Positions 32,301 through 46,416 of a DNA stretch of 64,000 nucleotides are shown one piece after another. The translations under genes were made by a program, and so were the position numbers. The notes beneath the pieces were generated by a model. It searched no databases. It worked only from the letters and a program-made list of their open reading frames with translations, and was not told the DNA's origin. Each line of letters begins with the position of its first letter. Positions within the stretch are counted from its first letter, which is position 1. Source of the DNA: Naegleria gruberi (lineage: Eukaryota); assembly GCA_000004985.1 (NCBI GenBank), contig GG738860.1; one strand, written 5' to 3'.

Positions 32301-35300
32301 NNNNNNNNNNNNNNNNNNNNNNNNNNNNNNNNNNNNNNNNNNNNNNNNNNNNNNNNNNNNNNNNNNNNNNNNNNNNNNNNNNNNNNNNNNNNNNNNNNNN
32401 NNNNNNNNNNNNNNNNNNNNNNNNNNNNNNNNNNNNNNNNNNNNNNNNNNNNNNNNNNNNNNNNNNNNNNNNNNNNNNNNNNNNNNNNNNNNNNNNNNNN
32501 NNNNNNNNNNNNNNNNNNNNNNNNNNNNNNNNNNNNNNNNNNNNNNNNNNNNNNNNNNNNNNNNNNNNNNNNNNNNNNNNNNNNNNNNNNNNNNNNNNNN
32601 NNNNNNNNNNNNNNNNNNNNNNNNNNNNNNNNNNNNNNNNNNNNNNNNNNNNNNNNNNNNNNNNNNNNNNNNNNNNNNNNNNNNNNNNNNNNNNNNNNNN
32701 NNNNNNNNNNNNNNNNNNNNNNNNNNNNNNNNNNNNNNNNNNNNNNNNNNNNNNNNNNNNNNNNNNNNNNNNNNNNNNNNNNNNNNNNNNNNNNNNNNNN
32801 NNNNNNNNNNNNNNNNNNNNNNNNNNNNNNNNNNNNNNNNNNNNNNNNNNNNNNNNNNNNNNNNNNNNNNNNNNNNNNNNNNNNNNNNNNNNNNNNNNNN
32901 NNNNNNNNNNNNNNNNNNNNNNNNNNNNNNNNNNNNNNNNNNNNNNNNNNNNNNNNNNNNNNNNNNNNNNNNNNNNNNNNNNNNNNNNNNNNNNNNNNNN
33001 NNNNNNNNNNNNNNNNNNNNNNNNNNNNNNNNNNNNNNNNNNNNNNNNNNNNNNNNNNNNNNNNNNNNNNNNNNNNNNNNNNNNNNNNNNNNNNNNNNNN
33101 NNNNNNNNNNNNNNNNNNNNNNNNNNNNNNNNNNNNNNNNNNNNNNNNNNNNNNNNNNNNNNNNNNNNNNNNNNNNNNNNNNNNNNNNNNNNNNNNNNNN
33201 NNNNNNNNNNNNNNNNNNNNNNNNNNNNNNNNNNNNNNNNNNNNNNNNNNNNNNNNNNNNNNNNNNNNNNNNNNNNNNNNNNNNNNNNNNNNNNNNNNNN
33301 NNNNNNNNNNNNNNNNNNNNNNNNNNNNNNNNNNNNNNNNNNNNNNNNNNNNNNNNNNNNNNNNNNNNNNNNNNNNNNNNNNNNNNNNNNNNNNNNNNNN
33401 NNNNNNNNNNNNNNNNNNNNNNNNNNNNNNNNNNNNNNNNNNNNNNNNNNNNNNNNNNNNNNNNNNNNNNNNNNNNNNNNNNNNNNNNNNNNNNNNNNNN
33501 NNNNNNNNNNNNNNNNNNNNNNNNNNNNNNNNNNNNNNNNNNNNNNNNNNNNNNNNNNNNNNNNNNNNNNNNNNNNNNNNNNNNNNNNNNNNNNNNNNNN
33601 NNNNNNNNNNNNNNNNNNNNNNNNNNNNNNNNNNNNNNNNNNNNNNNNNNNNNNNNNNNNNNNNNNNNNNNNNNNNNNNNNNNNNNNNNNNNNNNNNNNN
33701 NNNNNNNNNNNNNNNNNNNNNNNNNNNNNNNNNNNNNNNNNNNNNNNNNNNNNNNNNNNNNNNNNNNNNNNNNNNNNNNNNNNNNNNNNNNNNNNNNNNN
33801 NNNNNNNNNNNNNNNNNNNNNNNNNNNNNNNNNNNNNNNNNNNNNNNNNNNNNNNNNNNNNNNNNNNNNNNNNNNNNNNNNNNNNNNNNNNNNNNNNNNN
33901 NNNNNNNNNNNNNNNNNNNNNNNNNNNNNNNNNNNNNNNNNNNNNNNNNNNNNNNNNNNNNNNNNNNNNNNNNNNNNNNNNNNNNNNNNNNNNNNNNNNN
34001 NNNNNNNNNNNNNNNNNNNNNNNNNNNNNNNNNNNNNNNNNNNNNNNNNNNNNNNNNNNNNNNNNNNNNNNNNNNNNNNNNNNNNNNNNNNNNNNNNNNN
34101 NNNNNNNNNNNNNNNNNNNNNNNNNNNNNNNNNNNNNNNNNNNNNNNNNNNNNNNNNNNNNNNNNNNNNNNNNNNNNNNNNNNNNNNNNNNNNNNNNNNN
34201 NNNNNNNNNNNNNNNNNNNNNNNNNNNNNNNNNNNNNNNNNNNNNNNNNNNNNNNNNNNNNNNNNNNNNNNNNNNNNNNNNNNNNNNNNNNNNNNNNNNN
34301 NNNNNNNNNNNNNNNNNNNNNNNNNNNNNNNNNNNNNNNNNNNNNNNNNNNNNNNNNNNNNNNNNNNNNNNNNNNNNNNNNNNNNNNNNNNNNNNNNNNN
34401 NNNNNNNNNNNNNNNNNNNNNNNNNNNNNNNNNNNNNNNNNNNNNNNNNNNNNNNNNNNNNNNNNNNNNNNNNNNNNNNNNNNNNNNNNNNNNNNNNNNN
34501 NNNNNNNNNNNNNNNNNNNNNNNNNNNNNNNNNNNNNNNNNNNNNNNNNNNNNNNNNNNNNNNNNNNNNNNNNNNNNNNNNNNNNNNNNNNNNNNNNNNN
34601 NNNNNNNNNNNNNNNNNNNNNNNNNNNNNNNNNNNNNNNNNNNNNNNNNNNNNNNNNNNNNNNNNNNNNNNNNNNNNNNNNNNNNNNNNNNNNNNNNNNN
34701 NNNNNNNNNNNNNNNNNNNNNNNNNNNNNNNNNNNNNNNNNNNNNNNNNNNNNNNNNNNNNNNNNNNNNNNNNNNNNNNNNNNNNNNNNNNNNNNNNNNN
34801 NNNNNNNNNNNNNNNNNNNNNNNNNNNNNNNNNNNNNNNNNNNNNNNNNNNNNNNNNNNNNNNNNNNNNNNNNNNNNNNNNNNNNNNNNNNNNNNNNNNN
34901 NNNNNNNNNNNNNNNNNNNNNNNNNNNNNNNNNNNNNNNNNNNNNNNNNNNNNNNNNNNNNNNNNNNNNNNNNNNNNNNNNNNNNNNNNNNNNNNNNNNN
35001 NNNNNNNNNNNNNNNNNNNNNNNNNNNNNNNNNNNNNNNNNNNNNNNNNNNNNNNNNNNNNNNNNNNNNNNNNNNNNNNNNNNNNNNNNNNNNNNNNNNN
35101 NNNNNNNNNNNNNNNNNNNNNNNNNNNNNNNNNNNNNNNNNNNNNNNNNNNNNNNNNNNNNNNNNNNNNNNNNNNNNNNNNNNNNNNNNNNNNNNNNNNN
35201 NNNNNNNNNNNNNNNNNNNNNNNNNNNNNNNNNNNNNNNNNNNNNNNNNNNNNNNNNNNNNNNNNNNNNNNNNNNNNNNNNNNNNNNNNNNNNNNNNNNN

Positions 35301-38300
35301 NNNNNNNNNNNNNNNNNNNNNNNNNNNNNNNNNNNNNNNNNNNNNNNNNNNNNNNNNNNNNNNNNNNNNNNNNNNNNNNNNNNNNNNNNNNNNNNNNNNN
35401 NNNNNNNNNNNNNNNNNNNNNNNNNNNNNNNNNNNNNNNNNNNNNNNNNNNNNNNNNNNNNNNNNNNNNNNNNNNNNNNNNNNNNNNNNNNNNNNNNNNN
35501 NNNNNNNNNNNNNNNNNNNNNNNNNNNNNNNNNNNNNNNNNNNNNNNNNNNNNNNNNNNNNNNNNNNNNNNNNNNNNNNNNNNNNNNNNNNNNNNNNNNN
35601 NNNNNNNNNNNNNNNNNNNNNNNNNNNNNNNNNNNNNNNNNNNNNNNNNNNNNNNNNNNNNNNNNNNNNNNNNNNNNNNNNNNNNNNNNNNNNNNNNNNN
35701 NNNNNNNNNNNNNNNNNNNNNNNNNNNNNNNNNNNNNNNNNNNNNNNNNNNNNNNNNNNNNNNNNNNNNNNNNNNNNNNNNNNNNNNNNNNNNNNNNNNN
35801 NNNNNNNNNNNNNNNNNNNNNNNNNNNNNNNNNNNNNNNNNNNNNNNNNNNNNNNNNNNNNNNNNNNNNNNNNNNNNNNNNNNNNNNNNNNNNNNNNNNN
35901 NNNNNNNNNNNNNNNNNNNNNNNNNNNNNNNNNNNNNNNNNNNNNNNNNNNNNNNNNNNNNNNNNNNNNNNNNNNNNNNNNNNNNNNNNNNNNNNNNNNN
36001 NNNNNNNNNNNNNNNNNNNNNNNNNNNNNNNNNNNNNNNNNNNNNNNNNNNNNNNNNNNNNNNNNNNNNNNNNNNNNNNNNNNNNNNNNNNNNNNNNNNN
36101 NNNNNNNNNNNNNNNNNNNNNNNNNNNNNNNNNNNNNNNNNNNNNNNNNNNNNNNNNNNNNNNNNNNNNNNNNNNNNNNNNNNNNNNNNNNNNNNNNNNN
36201 NNNNNNNNNNNNNNNNNNNNNNNNNNNNNNNNNNNNNNNNNNNNNNNNNNNNNNNNNNNNNNNNNNNNNNNNNNNNNNNNNNNNNNNNNNNNNNNNNNNN
36301 NNNNNNNNNNNNNNNNNNNNNNNNNNNNNNNNNNNNNNNNNNNNNNNNNNNNNNNNNNNNNNNNNNNNNNNNNNNNNNNNNNNNNNNNNNNNNNNNNNNN
36401 NNNNNNNNNNNNNNNNNNNNNNNNNNNNNNNNNNNNNNNNNNNNNNNNNNNNNNNNNNNNNNNNNNNNNNNNNNNNNNNNNNNNNNNNNNNNNNNNNNNN
36501 NNNNNNNNNNNNNNNNNNNNNNNNNNNNNNNNNNNNNNNNNNNNNNNNNNNNNNNNNNNNNNNNNNNNNNNNNNNNNNNNNNNNNNNNNNNNNNNNNNNN
36601 NNNNNNNNNNNNNNNNNNNNNNNNNNNNNNNNNNNNNNNNNNNNNNNNNNNNNNNNNNNNNNNNNNNNNNNNNNNNNNNNNNNNNNNNNNNNNNNNNNNN
36701 NNNNNNNNNNNNNNNNNNNNNNNNNNNNNNNNNNNNNNNNNNNNNNNNNNNNNNNNNNNNNNNNNNNNNNNNNNNNNNNNNNNNNNNNNNNNNNNNNNNN
36801 NNNNNNNNNNNNNNNNNNNNNNNNNNNNNNNNNNNNNNNNNNNNNNNNNNNNNNNNNNNNNNNNNNNNNNNNNNNNNNNNNNNNNNNNNNNNNNNNNNNN
36901 NNNNNNNNNNNNNNNNNNNNNNNNNNNNNNNNNNNNNNNNNNNNNNNNNNNNNNNNNNNNNNNNNNNNNNNNNNNNNNNNNNNNNNNNNNNNNNNNNNNN
37001 NNNNNNNNNNNNNNNNNNNNNNNNNNNNNNNNNNNNNNNNNNNNNNNNNNNNNNNNNNNNNNNNNNNNNNNNNNNNNNNNNNNNNNNNNNNNNNNNNNNN
37101 NNNNNNNNNNNNNNNNNNNNNNNNNNNNNNNNNNNNNNNNNNNNNNNNNNNNNNNNNNNNNNNNNNNNNNNNNNNNNNNNNNNNNNNNNNNNNNNNNNNN
37201 NNNNNNNNNNNNNNNNNNNNNNNNNNNNNNNNNNNNNNNNNNNNNNNNNNNNNNNNNNNNNNNNNNNNNNNNNNNNNNNNNNNNNNNNNNNNNNNNNNNN
37301 NNNNNNNNNNNNNNNNNNNNNNNNNNNNNNNNNNNNNNNNNNNNNNNNNNNNNNNNNNNNNNNNNNNNNNNNNNNNNNNNNNNNNNNNNNNNNNNNNNNN
37401 NNNNNNNNNNNNNNNNNNNNNNNNNNNNNNNNNNNNNNNNNNNNNNNNNNNNNNNNNNNNNNNNNNNNNNNNNNNNNNNNNNNNNNNNNNNNNNNNNNNN
37501 NNNNNNNNNNNNNNNNNNNNNNNNNNNNNNNNNNNNNNNNNNNNNNNNNNNNNNNNNNNNNNNNNNNNNNNNNNNNNNNNNNNNNNNNNNNNNNNNNNNN
37601 NNNNNNNNNNNNNNNNNNNNNNNNNNNNNNNNNNNNNNNNNNNNNNNNNNNNNNNNNNNNNNNNNNNNNNNNNNNNNNNNNNNNNNNNNNNNNNNNNNNN
37701 NNNNNNNNNNNNNNNNNNNNNNNNNNNNNNNNNNNNNNNNNNNNNNNNNNNNNNNNNNNNNNNNNNNNNNNNNNNNNNNNNNNNNNNNNNNNNNNNNNNN
37801 NNNNNNNNNNNNNNNNNNNNNNNNNNNNNNNNNNNNNNNNNNNNNNNNNNNNNNNNNNNNNNNNNNNNNNNNNNNNNNNNNNNNNNNNNNNNNNNNNNNN
37901 NNNNNNNNNNNNNNNNNNNNNNNNNNNNNNNNNNNNNNNNNNNNNNNNNNNNNNNNNNNNNNNNNNNNNNNNNNNNNNNNNNNNNNNNNNNNNNNNNNNN
38001 NNNNNNNNNNNNNNNNNNNNNNNNNNNNNNNNNNNNNNNNNNNNNNNNNNNNNNNNNNNNNNNNNNNNNNNNNNNNNNNNNNNNNNNNNNNNNNNNNNNN
38101 NNNNNNNNNNNNNNNNNNNNNNNNNNNNNNNNNNNNNNNNNNNNNNNNNNNNNNNNNNNNNNNNNNNNNNNNNNNNNNNNNNNNNNNNNNNNNNNNNNNN
38201 NNNNNNNNNNNNNNNNNNNNNNNNNNNNNNNNNNNNNNNNNNNNNNNNNNNNNNNNNNNNNNNNNNNNNNNNNNNNNNNNNNNNNNNNNNNNNNNNNNNN

Positions 38301-41300
38301 NNNNNNNNNNNNNNNNNNNNNNNNNNNNNNNNNNNNNNNNNNNNNNNNNNNNNNNNNNNNNNNNNNNNNNNNNNNNNNNNNNNNNNNNNNNNNNNNNNNN
38401 NNNNNNNNNNNNNNNNNNNNNNNNNNNNNNNNNNNNNNNNNNNNNNNNNNNNNNNNNNNNNNNNNNNNNNNNNNNNNNNNNNNNNNNNNNNNNNNNNNNN
38501 NNNNNNNNNNNNNNNNNNNNNNNNNNNNNNNNNNNNNNNNNNNNNNNNNNNNNNNNNNNNNNNNNNNNNNNNNNNNNNNNNNNNNNNNNNNNNNNNNNNN
38601 NNNNNNNNNNNNNNNNNNNNNNNNNNNNNNNNNNNNNNNNNNNNNNNNNNNNNNNNNNNNNNNNNNNNNNNNNNNNNNNNNNNNNNNNNNNNNNNNNNNN
38701 NNNNNNNNNNNNNNNNNNNNNNNNNNNNNNNNNNNNNNNNNNNNNNNNNNNNNNNNNNNNNNNNNNNNNNNNNNNNNNNNNNNNNNNNNNNNNNNNNNNN
38801 NNNNNNNNNNNNNNNNNNNNNNNNNNNNNNNNNNNNNNNNNNNNNNNNNNNNNNNNNNNNNNNNNNNNNNNNNNNNNNNNNNNNNNNNNNNNNNNNNNNN
38901 NNNNNNNNNNNNNNNNNNNNNNNNNNNNNNNNNNNNNNNNNNNNNNNNNNNNNNNNNNNNNNNNNNNNNNNNNNNNNNNNNNNNNNNNNNNNNNNNNNNN
39001 NNNNNNNNNNNNNNNNNNNNNNNNNNNNNNNNNNNNNNNNNNNNNNNNNNNNNNNNNNNNNNNNNNNNNNNNNNNNNNNNNNNNNNNNNNNNNNNNNNNN
39101 NNNNNNNNNNNNNNNNNNNNNNNNNNNNNNNNNNNNNNNNNNNNNNNNNNNNNNNNNNNNNNNNNNNNNNNNNNNNNNNNNNNNNNNNNNNNNNNNNNNN
39201 NNNNNNNNNNNNNNNNNNNNNNNNNNNNNNNNNNNNNNNNNNNNNNNNNNNNNNNNNNNNNNNNNNNNNNNNNNNNNNNNNNNNNNNNNNNNNNNNNNNN
39301 NNNNNNNNNNNNNNNNNNNNNNNNNNNNNNNNNNNNNNNNNNNNNNNNNNNNNNNNNNNNNNNNNNNNNNNNNNNNNNNNNNNNNNNNNNNNNNNNNNNN
39401 NNNNNNNNNNNNNNNNNNNNNNNNNNNNNNNNNNNNNNNNNNNNNNNNNNNNNNNNNNNNNNNNNNNNNNNNNNNNNNNNNNNNNNNNNNNNNNNNNNNN
39501 NNNNNNNNNNNNNNNNNNNNNNNNNNNNNNNNNNNNNNNNNNNNNNNNNNNNNNNNNNNNNNNNNNNNNNNNNNNNNNNNNNNNNNNNNNNNNNNNNNNN
39601 NNNNNNNNNNNNNNNNNNNNNNNNNNNNNNNNNNNNNNNNNNNNNNNNNNNNNNNNNNNNNNNNNNNNNNNNNNNNNNNNNNNNNNNNNNNNNNNNNNNN
39701 NNNNNNNNNNNNNNNNNNNNNNNNNNNNNNNNNNNNNNNNNNNNNNNNNNNNNNNNNNNNNNNNNNNNNNNNNNNNNNNNNNNNNNNNNNNNNNNNNNNN
39801 NNNNNNNNNNNNNNNNNNNNNNNNNNNNNNNNNNNNNNNNNNNNNNNNNNNNNNNNNNNNNNNNNNNNNNNNNNNNNNNNNNNNNNNNNNNNNNNNNNNN
39901 NNNNNNNNNNNNNNNNNNNNNNNNNNNNNNNNNNNNNNNNNNNNNNNNNNNNNNNNNNNNNNNNNNNNNNNNNNNNNNNNNNNNNNNNNNNNNNNNNNNN
40001 NNNNNNNNNNNNNNNNNNNNNNNNNNNNNNNNNNNNNNNNNNNNNNNNNNNNNNNNNNNNNNNNNNNNNNNNNNNNNNNNNNNNNNNNNNNNNNNNNNNN
40101 NNNNNNNNNNNNNNNNNNNNNNNNNNNNNNNNNNNNNNNNNNNNNNNNNNNNNNNNNNNNNNNNNNNNNNNNNNNNNNNNNNNNNNNNNNNNNNNNNNNN
40201 NNNNNNNNNNNNNNNNNNNNNNNNNNNNNNNNNNNNNNNNNNNNNNNNNNNNNNNNNNNNNNNNNNNNNNNNNNNNNNNNNNNNNNNNNNNNNNNNNNNN
40301 NNNNNNNNNNNNNNNNNNNNNNNNNNNNNNNNNNNNNNNNNNNNNNNNNNNNNNNNNNNNNNNNNNNNNNNNNNNNNNNNNNNNNNNNNNNNNNNNNNNN
40401 NNNNNNNNNNNNNNNNNNNNNNNNNNNNNNNNNNNNNNNNNNNNNNNNNNNNNNNNNNNNNNNNNNNNNNNNNNNNNNNNNNNNNNNNNNNNNNNNNNNN
40501 NNNNNNNNNNNNNNNNNNNNNNNNNNNNNNNNNNNNNNNNNNNNNNNNNNNNNNNNNNNNNNNNNNNNNNNNNNNNNNNNNNNNNNNNNNNNNNNNNNNN
40601 NNNNNNNNNNNNNNNNNNNNNNNNNNNNNNNNNNNNNNNNNNNNNNNNNNNNNNNNNNNNNNNNNNNNNNNNNNNNNNNNNNNNNNNNNNNNNNNNNNNN
40701 NNNNNNNNNNNNNNNNNNNNNNNNNNNNNNNNNNNNNNNNNNNNNNNNNNNNNNNNNNNNNNNNNNNNNNNNNNNNNNNNNNNNNNNNNNNNNNNNNNNN
40801 NNNNNNNNNNNNNNNNNNNNNNNNNNNNNNNNNNNNNNNNNNNNNNNNNNNNNNNNNNNNNNNNNNNNNNNNNNNNNNNNNNNNNNNNNNNNNNNNNNNN
40901 NNNNNNNNNNNNNNNNNNNNNNNNNNNNNNNNNNNNNNNNNNNNNNNNNNNNNNNNNNNNNNNNNNNNNNNNNNNNNNNNNNNNNNNNNNNNNNNNNNNN
41001 NNNNNNNNNNNNNNNNNNNNNNNNNNNNNNNNNNNNNNNNNNNNNNNNNNNNNNNNNNNNNNNNNNNNNNNNNNNNNNNNNNNNNNNNNNNNNNNNNNNN
41101 NNNNNNNNNNNNNNNNNNNNNNNNNNNNNNNNNNNNNNNNNNNNNNNNNNNNNNNNNNNNNNNNNNNNNNNNNNNNNNNNNNNNNNNNNNNNNNNNNNNN
41201 NNNNNNNNNNNNNNNNNNNNNNNNNNNNNNNNNNNNNNNNNNNNNNNNNNNNNNNNNNNNNNNNNNNNNNNNNNNNNNNNNNNNNNNNNNNNNNNNNNNN

Positions 41301-44300
41301 NNNNNNNNNNNNNNNNNNNNNNNNNNNNNNNNNNNNNNNNNNNNNNNNNNNNNNNNNNNNNNNNNNNNNNNNNNNNNNNNNNNNNNNNNNNNNNNNNNNN
41401 NNNNNNNNNNNNNNNNNNNNNNNNNNNNNNNNNNNNNNNNNNNNNNNNNNNNNNNNNNNNNNNNNNNNNNNNNNNNNNNNNNNNNNNNNNNNNNNNNNNN
41501 NNNNNNNNNNNNNNNNNNNNNNNNNNNNNNNNNNNNNNNNNNNNNNNNNNNNNNNNNNNNNNNNNNNNNNNNNNNNNNNNNNNNNNNNNNNNNNNNNNNN
41601 NNNNNNNNNNNNNNNNNNNNNNNNNNNNNNNNNNNNNNNNNNNNNNNNNNNNNNNNNNNNNNNNNNNNNNNNNNNNNNNNNNNNNNNNNNNNNNNNNNNN
41701 NNNNNNNNNNNNNNNNNNNNNNNNNNNNNNNNNNNNNNNNNNNNNNNNNNNNNNNNNNNNNNNNNNNNNNNNNNNNNNNNNNNNNNNNNNNNNNNNNNNN
41801 NNNNNNNNNNNNNNNNNNNNNNNNNNNNNNNNNNNNNNNNNNNNNNNNNNNNNNNNNNNNNNNNNNNNNNNNNNNNNNNNNNNNNNNNNNNNNNNNNNNN
41901 NNNNNNNNNNNNNNNNNNNNNNNNNNNNNNNNNNNNNNNNNNNNNNNNNNNNNNNNNNNNNNNNNNNNNNNNNNNNNNNNNNNNNNNNNNNNNNNNNNNN
42001 NNNNNNNNNNNNNNNNNNNNNNNNNNNNNNNNNNNNNNNNNNNNNNNNNNNNNNNNNNNNNNNNNNNNNNNNNNNNNNNNNNNNNNNNNNNNNNNNNNNN
42101 NNNNNNNNNNNNNNNNNNNNNNNNNNNNNNNNNNNNNNNNNNNNNNNNNNNNNNNNNNNNNNNNNNNNNNNNNNNNNNNNNNNNNNNNNNNNNNNNNNNN
42201 NNNNNNNNNNNNNNNNNNNNNNNNNNNNNNNNNNNNNNNNNNNNNNNNNNNNNNNNNNNNNNNNNNNNNNNNNNNNNNNNNNNNNNNNNNNNNNNNNNNN
42301 NNNNNNNNNNNNNNNNNNNNNNNNNNNNNNNNNNNNNNNNNNNNNNNNNNNNNNNNNNNNNNNNNNNNNNNNNNNNNNNNNNNNNNNNNNNNNNNNNNNN
42401 NNNNNNNNNNNNNNNNNNNNNNNNNNNNNNNNNNNNNNNNNNNNNNNNNNNNNNNNNNNNNNNNNNNNNNNNNNNNNNNNNNNNNNNNNNNNNNNNNNNN
42501 NNNNNNNNNNNNNNNNNNNNNNNNNNNNNNNNNNNNNNNNNNNNNNNNNNNNNNNNNNNNNNNNNNNNNNNNNNNNNNNNNNNNNNNNNNNNNNNNNNNN
42601 NNNNNNNNNNNNNNNNNNNNNNNNNNNNNNNNNNNNNNNNNNNNNNNNNNNNNNNNNNNNNNNNNNNNNNNNNNNNNNNNNNNNNNNNNNNNNNNNNNNN
42701 NNNNNNNNNNNNNNNNNNNNNNNNNNNNNNNNNNNNNNNNNNNNNNNNNNNNNNNNNNNNNNNNNNNNNNNNNNNNNNNNNNNNNNNNNNNNNNNNNNNN
42801 NNNNNNNNNNNNNNNNNNNNNNNNNNNNNNNNNNNNNNNNNNNNNNNNNNNNNNNNNNNNNNNNNNNNNNNNNNNNNNNNNNNNNNNNNNNNNNNNNNNN
42901 NNNNNNNNNNNNNNNNNNNNNNNNNNNNNNNNNNNNNNNNNNNNNNNNNNNNNNNNNNNNNNNNNNNNNNNNNNNNNNNNNNNNNNNNNNNNNNNNNNNN
43001 NNNNNNNNNNNNNNNNNNNNNNNNNNNNNNNNNNNNNNNNNNNNNNNNNNNNNNNNNNNNNNNNNNNNNNNNNNNNNNNNNNNNNNNNNNNNNNNNNNNN
43101 NNNNNNNNNNNNNNNNNNNNNNNNNNNNNNNNNNNNNNNNNNNNNNNNNNNNNNNNNNNNNNNNNNNNNNNNNNNNNNNNNNNNNNNNNNNNNNNNNNNN
43201 NNNNNNNNNNNNNNNNNNNNNNNNNNNNNNNNNNNNNNNNNNNNNNNNNNNNNNNNNNNNNNNNNNNNNNNNNNNNNNNNNNNNNNNNNNNNNNNNNNNN
43301 NNNNNNNNNNNNNNNNNNNNNNNNNNNNNNNNNNNNNNNNNNNNNNNNNNNNNNNNNNNNNNNNNNNNNNNNNNNNNNNNNNNNNNNNNNNNNNNNNNNN
43401 NNNNNNNNNNNNNNNNNNNNNNNNNNNNNNNNNNNNNNNNNNNNNNNNNNNNNNNNNNNNNNNNNNNNNNNNNNNNNNNNNNNNNNNNNNNNNNNNNNNN
43501 NNNNNNNNNNNNNNNNNNNNNNNNNNNNNNNNNNNNNNNNNNNNNNNNNNNNNNNNNNNNNNNNNNNNNNNNNNNNNNNNNNNNNNNNNNNNNNNNNNNN
43601 NNNNNNNNNNNNNNNNNNNNNNNNNNNNNNNNNNNNNNNNNNNNNNNNNNNNNNNNNNNNNNNNNNNNNNNNNNNNNNNNNNNNNNNNNNNNNNNNNNNN
43701 NNNNNNNNNNNNNNNNNNNNNNNNNNNNNNNNNNNNNNNNNNNNNNNNNNNNNNNNNNNNNNNNNNNNNNNNNNNNNNNNNNNNNNNNNNNNNNNNNNNN
43801 NNNNNNNNNNNNNNNNNNNNNNNNNNNNNNNNNNNNNNNNNNNNNNNNNNNNNNNNNNNNNNNNNNNNNNNNNNNNNNNNNNNNNNNNNNNNNNNNNNNN
43901 NNNNNNNNNNNNNNNNNNNNNNNNNNNNNNNNNNNNNNNNNNNNNNNNNNNNNNNNNNNNNNNNNNNNNNNNNNNNNNNNNNNNNNNNNNNNNNNNNNNN
44001 NNNNNNNNNNNNNNNNNNNNNNNNNNNNNNNNNNNNNNNNNNNNNNNNNNNNNNNNNNNNNNNNNNNNNNNNNNNNNNNNNNNNNNNNNNNNNNNNNNNN
44101 NNNNNNNNNNNNNNNNNNNNNNNNNNNNNNNNNNNNNNNNNNNNNNNNNNNNNNNNNNNNNNNNNNNNNNNNNNNNNNNNNNNNNNNNNNNNNNNNNNNN
44201 NNNNNNNNNNNNNNNNNNNNNNNNNNNNNNNNNNNNNNNNNNNNNNNNNNNNNNNNNNNNNNNNNNNNNNNNNNNNNNNNNNNNNNNNNNNNNNNNNNNN

Positions 44301-46416
44301 NNNNNNNNNNNNNNNNNNNNNNNNNNNNNNNNNNNNNNNNNNNNNNNNNNNNNNNNNNNNNNNNNNNNNNNNNNNNNNNNNNNNNNNNNNNNNNNNNNNN
44401 NNNNNNNNNNNNNNNNNNNNNNNNNNNNNNNNNNNNNNNNNNNNNNNNNNNNNNNNNNNNNNNNNNNNNNNNNNNNNNNNNNNNNNNNNNNNNNNNNNNN
44501 NNNNNNNNNNNNNNNNNNNNNNNNNNNNNNNNNNNNNNNNNNNNNNNNNNNNNNNNNNNNNNNNNNNNNNNNNNNNNNNNNNNNNNNNNNNNNNNNNNNN
44601 NNNNNNNNNNNNNNNNNNNNNNNNNNNNNNNNNNNNNNNNNNNNNNNNNNNNNNNNNNNNNNNNNNNNNNNNNNNNNNNNNNNNNNNNNNNNNNNNNNNN
44701 NNNNNNNNNNNNNNNNNNNNNNNNNNNNNNNNNNNNNNNNNNNNNNNNNNNNNNNNNNNNNNNNNNNNNNNNNNNNNNNNNNNNNNNNNNNNNNNNNNNN
44801 NNNNNNNNNNNNNNNNNNNNNNNNNNNNNNNNNNNNNNNNNNNNNNNNNNNNNNNNNNNNNNNNNNNNNNNNNNNNNNNNNNNNNNNNNNNNNNNNNNNN
44901 NNNNNNNNNNNNNNNNNNNNNNNNNNNNNNNNNNNNNNNNNNNNNNNNNNNNNNNNNNNNNNNNNNNNNNNNNNNNNNNNNNNNNNNNNNNNNNNNNNNN
45001 NNNNNNNNNNNNNNNNNNNNNNNNNNNNNNNNNNNNNNNNNNNNNNNNNNNNNNNNNNNNNNNNNNNNNNNNNNNNNNNNNNNNNNNNNNNNNNNNNNNN
45101 NNNNNNNNNNNNNNNNNNNNNNNNNNNNNNNNNNNNNNNNNNNNNNNNNNNNNNNNNNNNNNNNNNNNNNNNNNNNNNNNNNNNNNNNNNNNNNNNNNNN
45201 NNNNNNNNNNNNNNNNNNNNNNNNNNNNNNNNNNNNNNNNNNNNNNNNNNNNNNNNNNNNNNNNNNNNNNNNNNNNNNNNNNNNNNNNNNNNNNNNNNNN
45301 NNNNNNNNNNNNNNNNNNNNNNNNNNNNNNNNNNNNNNNNNNNNNNNNNNNNNNNNNNNNNNNNNNNNNNNNNNNNNNNNNNNNNNNNNNNNNNNNNNNN
45401 NNNNNNNNNNNNNNNNNNNNNNNNNNNNNNNNNNNNNNNNNNNNNNNNNNNNNNNNNNNNNNNNNNNNNNNNNNNNNNNNNNNNNNNNNNNNNNNNNNNN
45501 NNNNNNNNNNNNNNNNNNNNNNNNNNNNNNNNNNNNNNNNNNNNNNNNNNNNNNNNNNNNNNNNNNNNNNNNNNNNNNNNNNNNNNNNNNNNNNNNNNNN
45601 NNNNNNNNNNNNNNNNNNNNNNNNNNNNNNNNNNNNNNNNNNNNNNNNNNNNNNNNNNNNNNNNNNNNNNNNNNNNNNNNNNNNNNNNNNNNNNNNNNNN
45701 NNNNNNNNNNNNNNNNNNNNNNNNNNNNNNNNNNNNNNNNNNNNNNNNNNNNNNNNNNNNNNNNNNNNNNNNNNNNNNNNNNNNNNNNNNNNNNNNNNNN
45801 NNNNNNNNNNNNNNNNNNNNNNNNNNNNNNNNNNNNNNNNNNNNNNNNNNNNNNNNNNNNNNNNNNNNNNNNNNNNNNNNNNNNNNNNNNNNNNNNNNNN
45901 NNNNNNNNNNNNNNNNNNNNNNNNNNNNNNNNNNNNNNNNNNNNNNNNNNNNNNNNNNNNNNNNNNNNNNNNNNNNNNNNNNNNNNNNNNNNNNNNNNNN
46001 NNNNNNNNNNNNNNNNNNNNNNNNNNNNNNNNNNNNNNNNNNNNNNNNNNNNNNNNNNNNNNNNNNNNNNNNNNNNNNNNNNNNNNNNNNNNNNNNNNNN
46101 NNNNNNNNNNNNNNNNNNNNNNNNNNNNNNNNNNNNNNNNNNNNNNNNNNNNNNNNNNNNNNNNNNNNNNNNNNNNNNNNNNNNNNNNNNNNNNNNNNNN
46201 NNNNNNNNNNNNNNNNNNNNNNNNNNNNNNNNNNNNNNNNNNNNNNNNNNNNNNNNNNNNNNNNNNNNNNNNNNNNNNNNNNNNNNNNNNNNNNNNNNNN
46301 NNNNNNNNNNNNNNNNNNNNNNNNNNNNNNNNNNNNNNNNNNNNNNNNNNNNNNNNNNNNNNNNNNNNNNNNNNNNNNNNNNNNNNNNNNNNNNNNNNNN
46401 NNNNNNNNNNNNNNNN
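29348..46416. other. Assembly gap (17,069 N)
   Basis: Run of n. All very long track ORFs across it are artefacts. Confidence 1.
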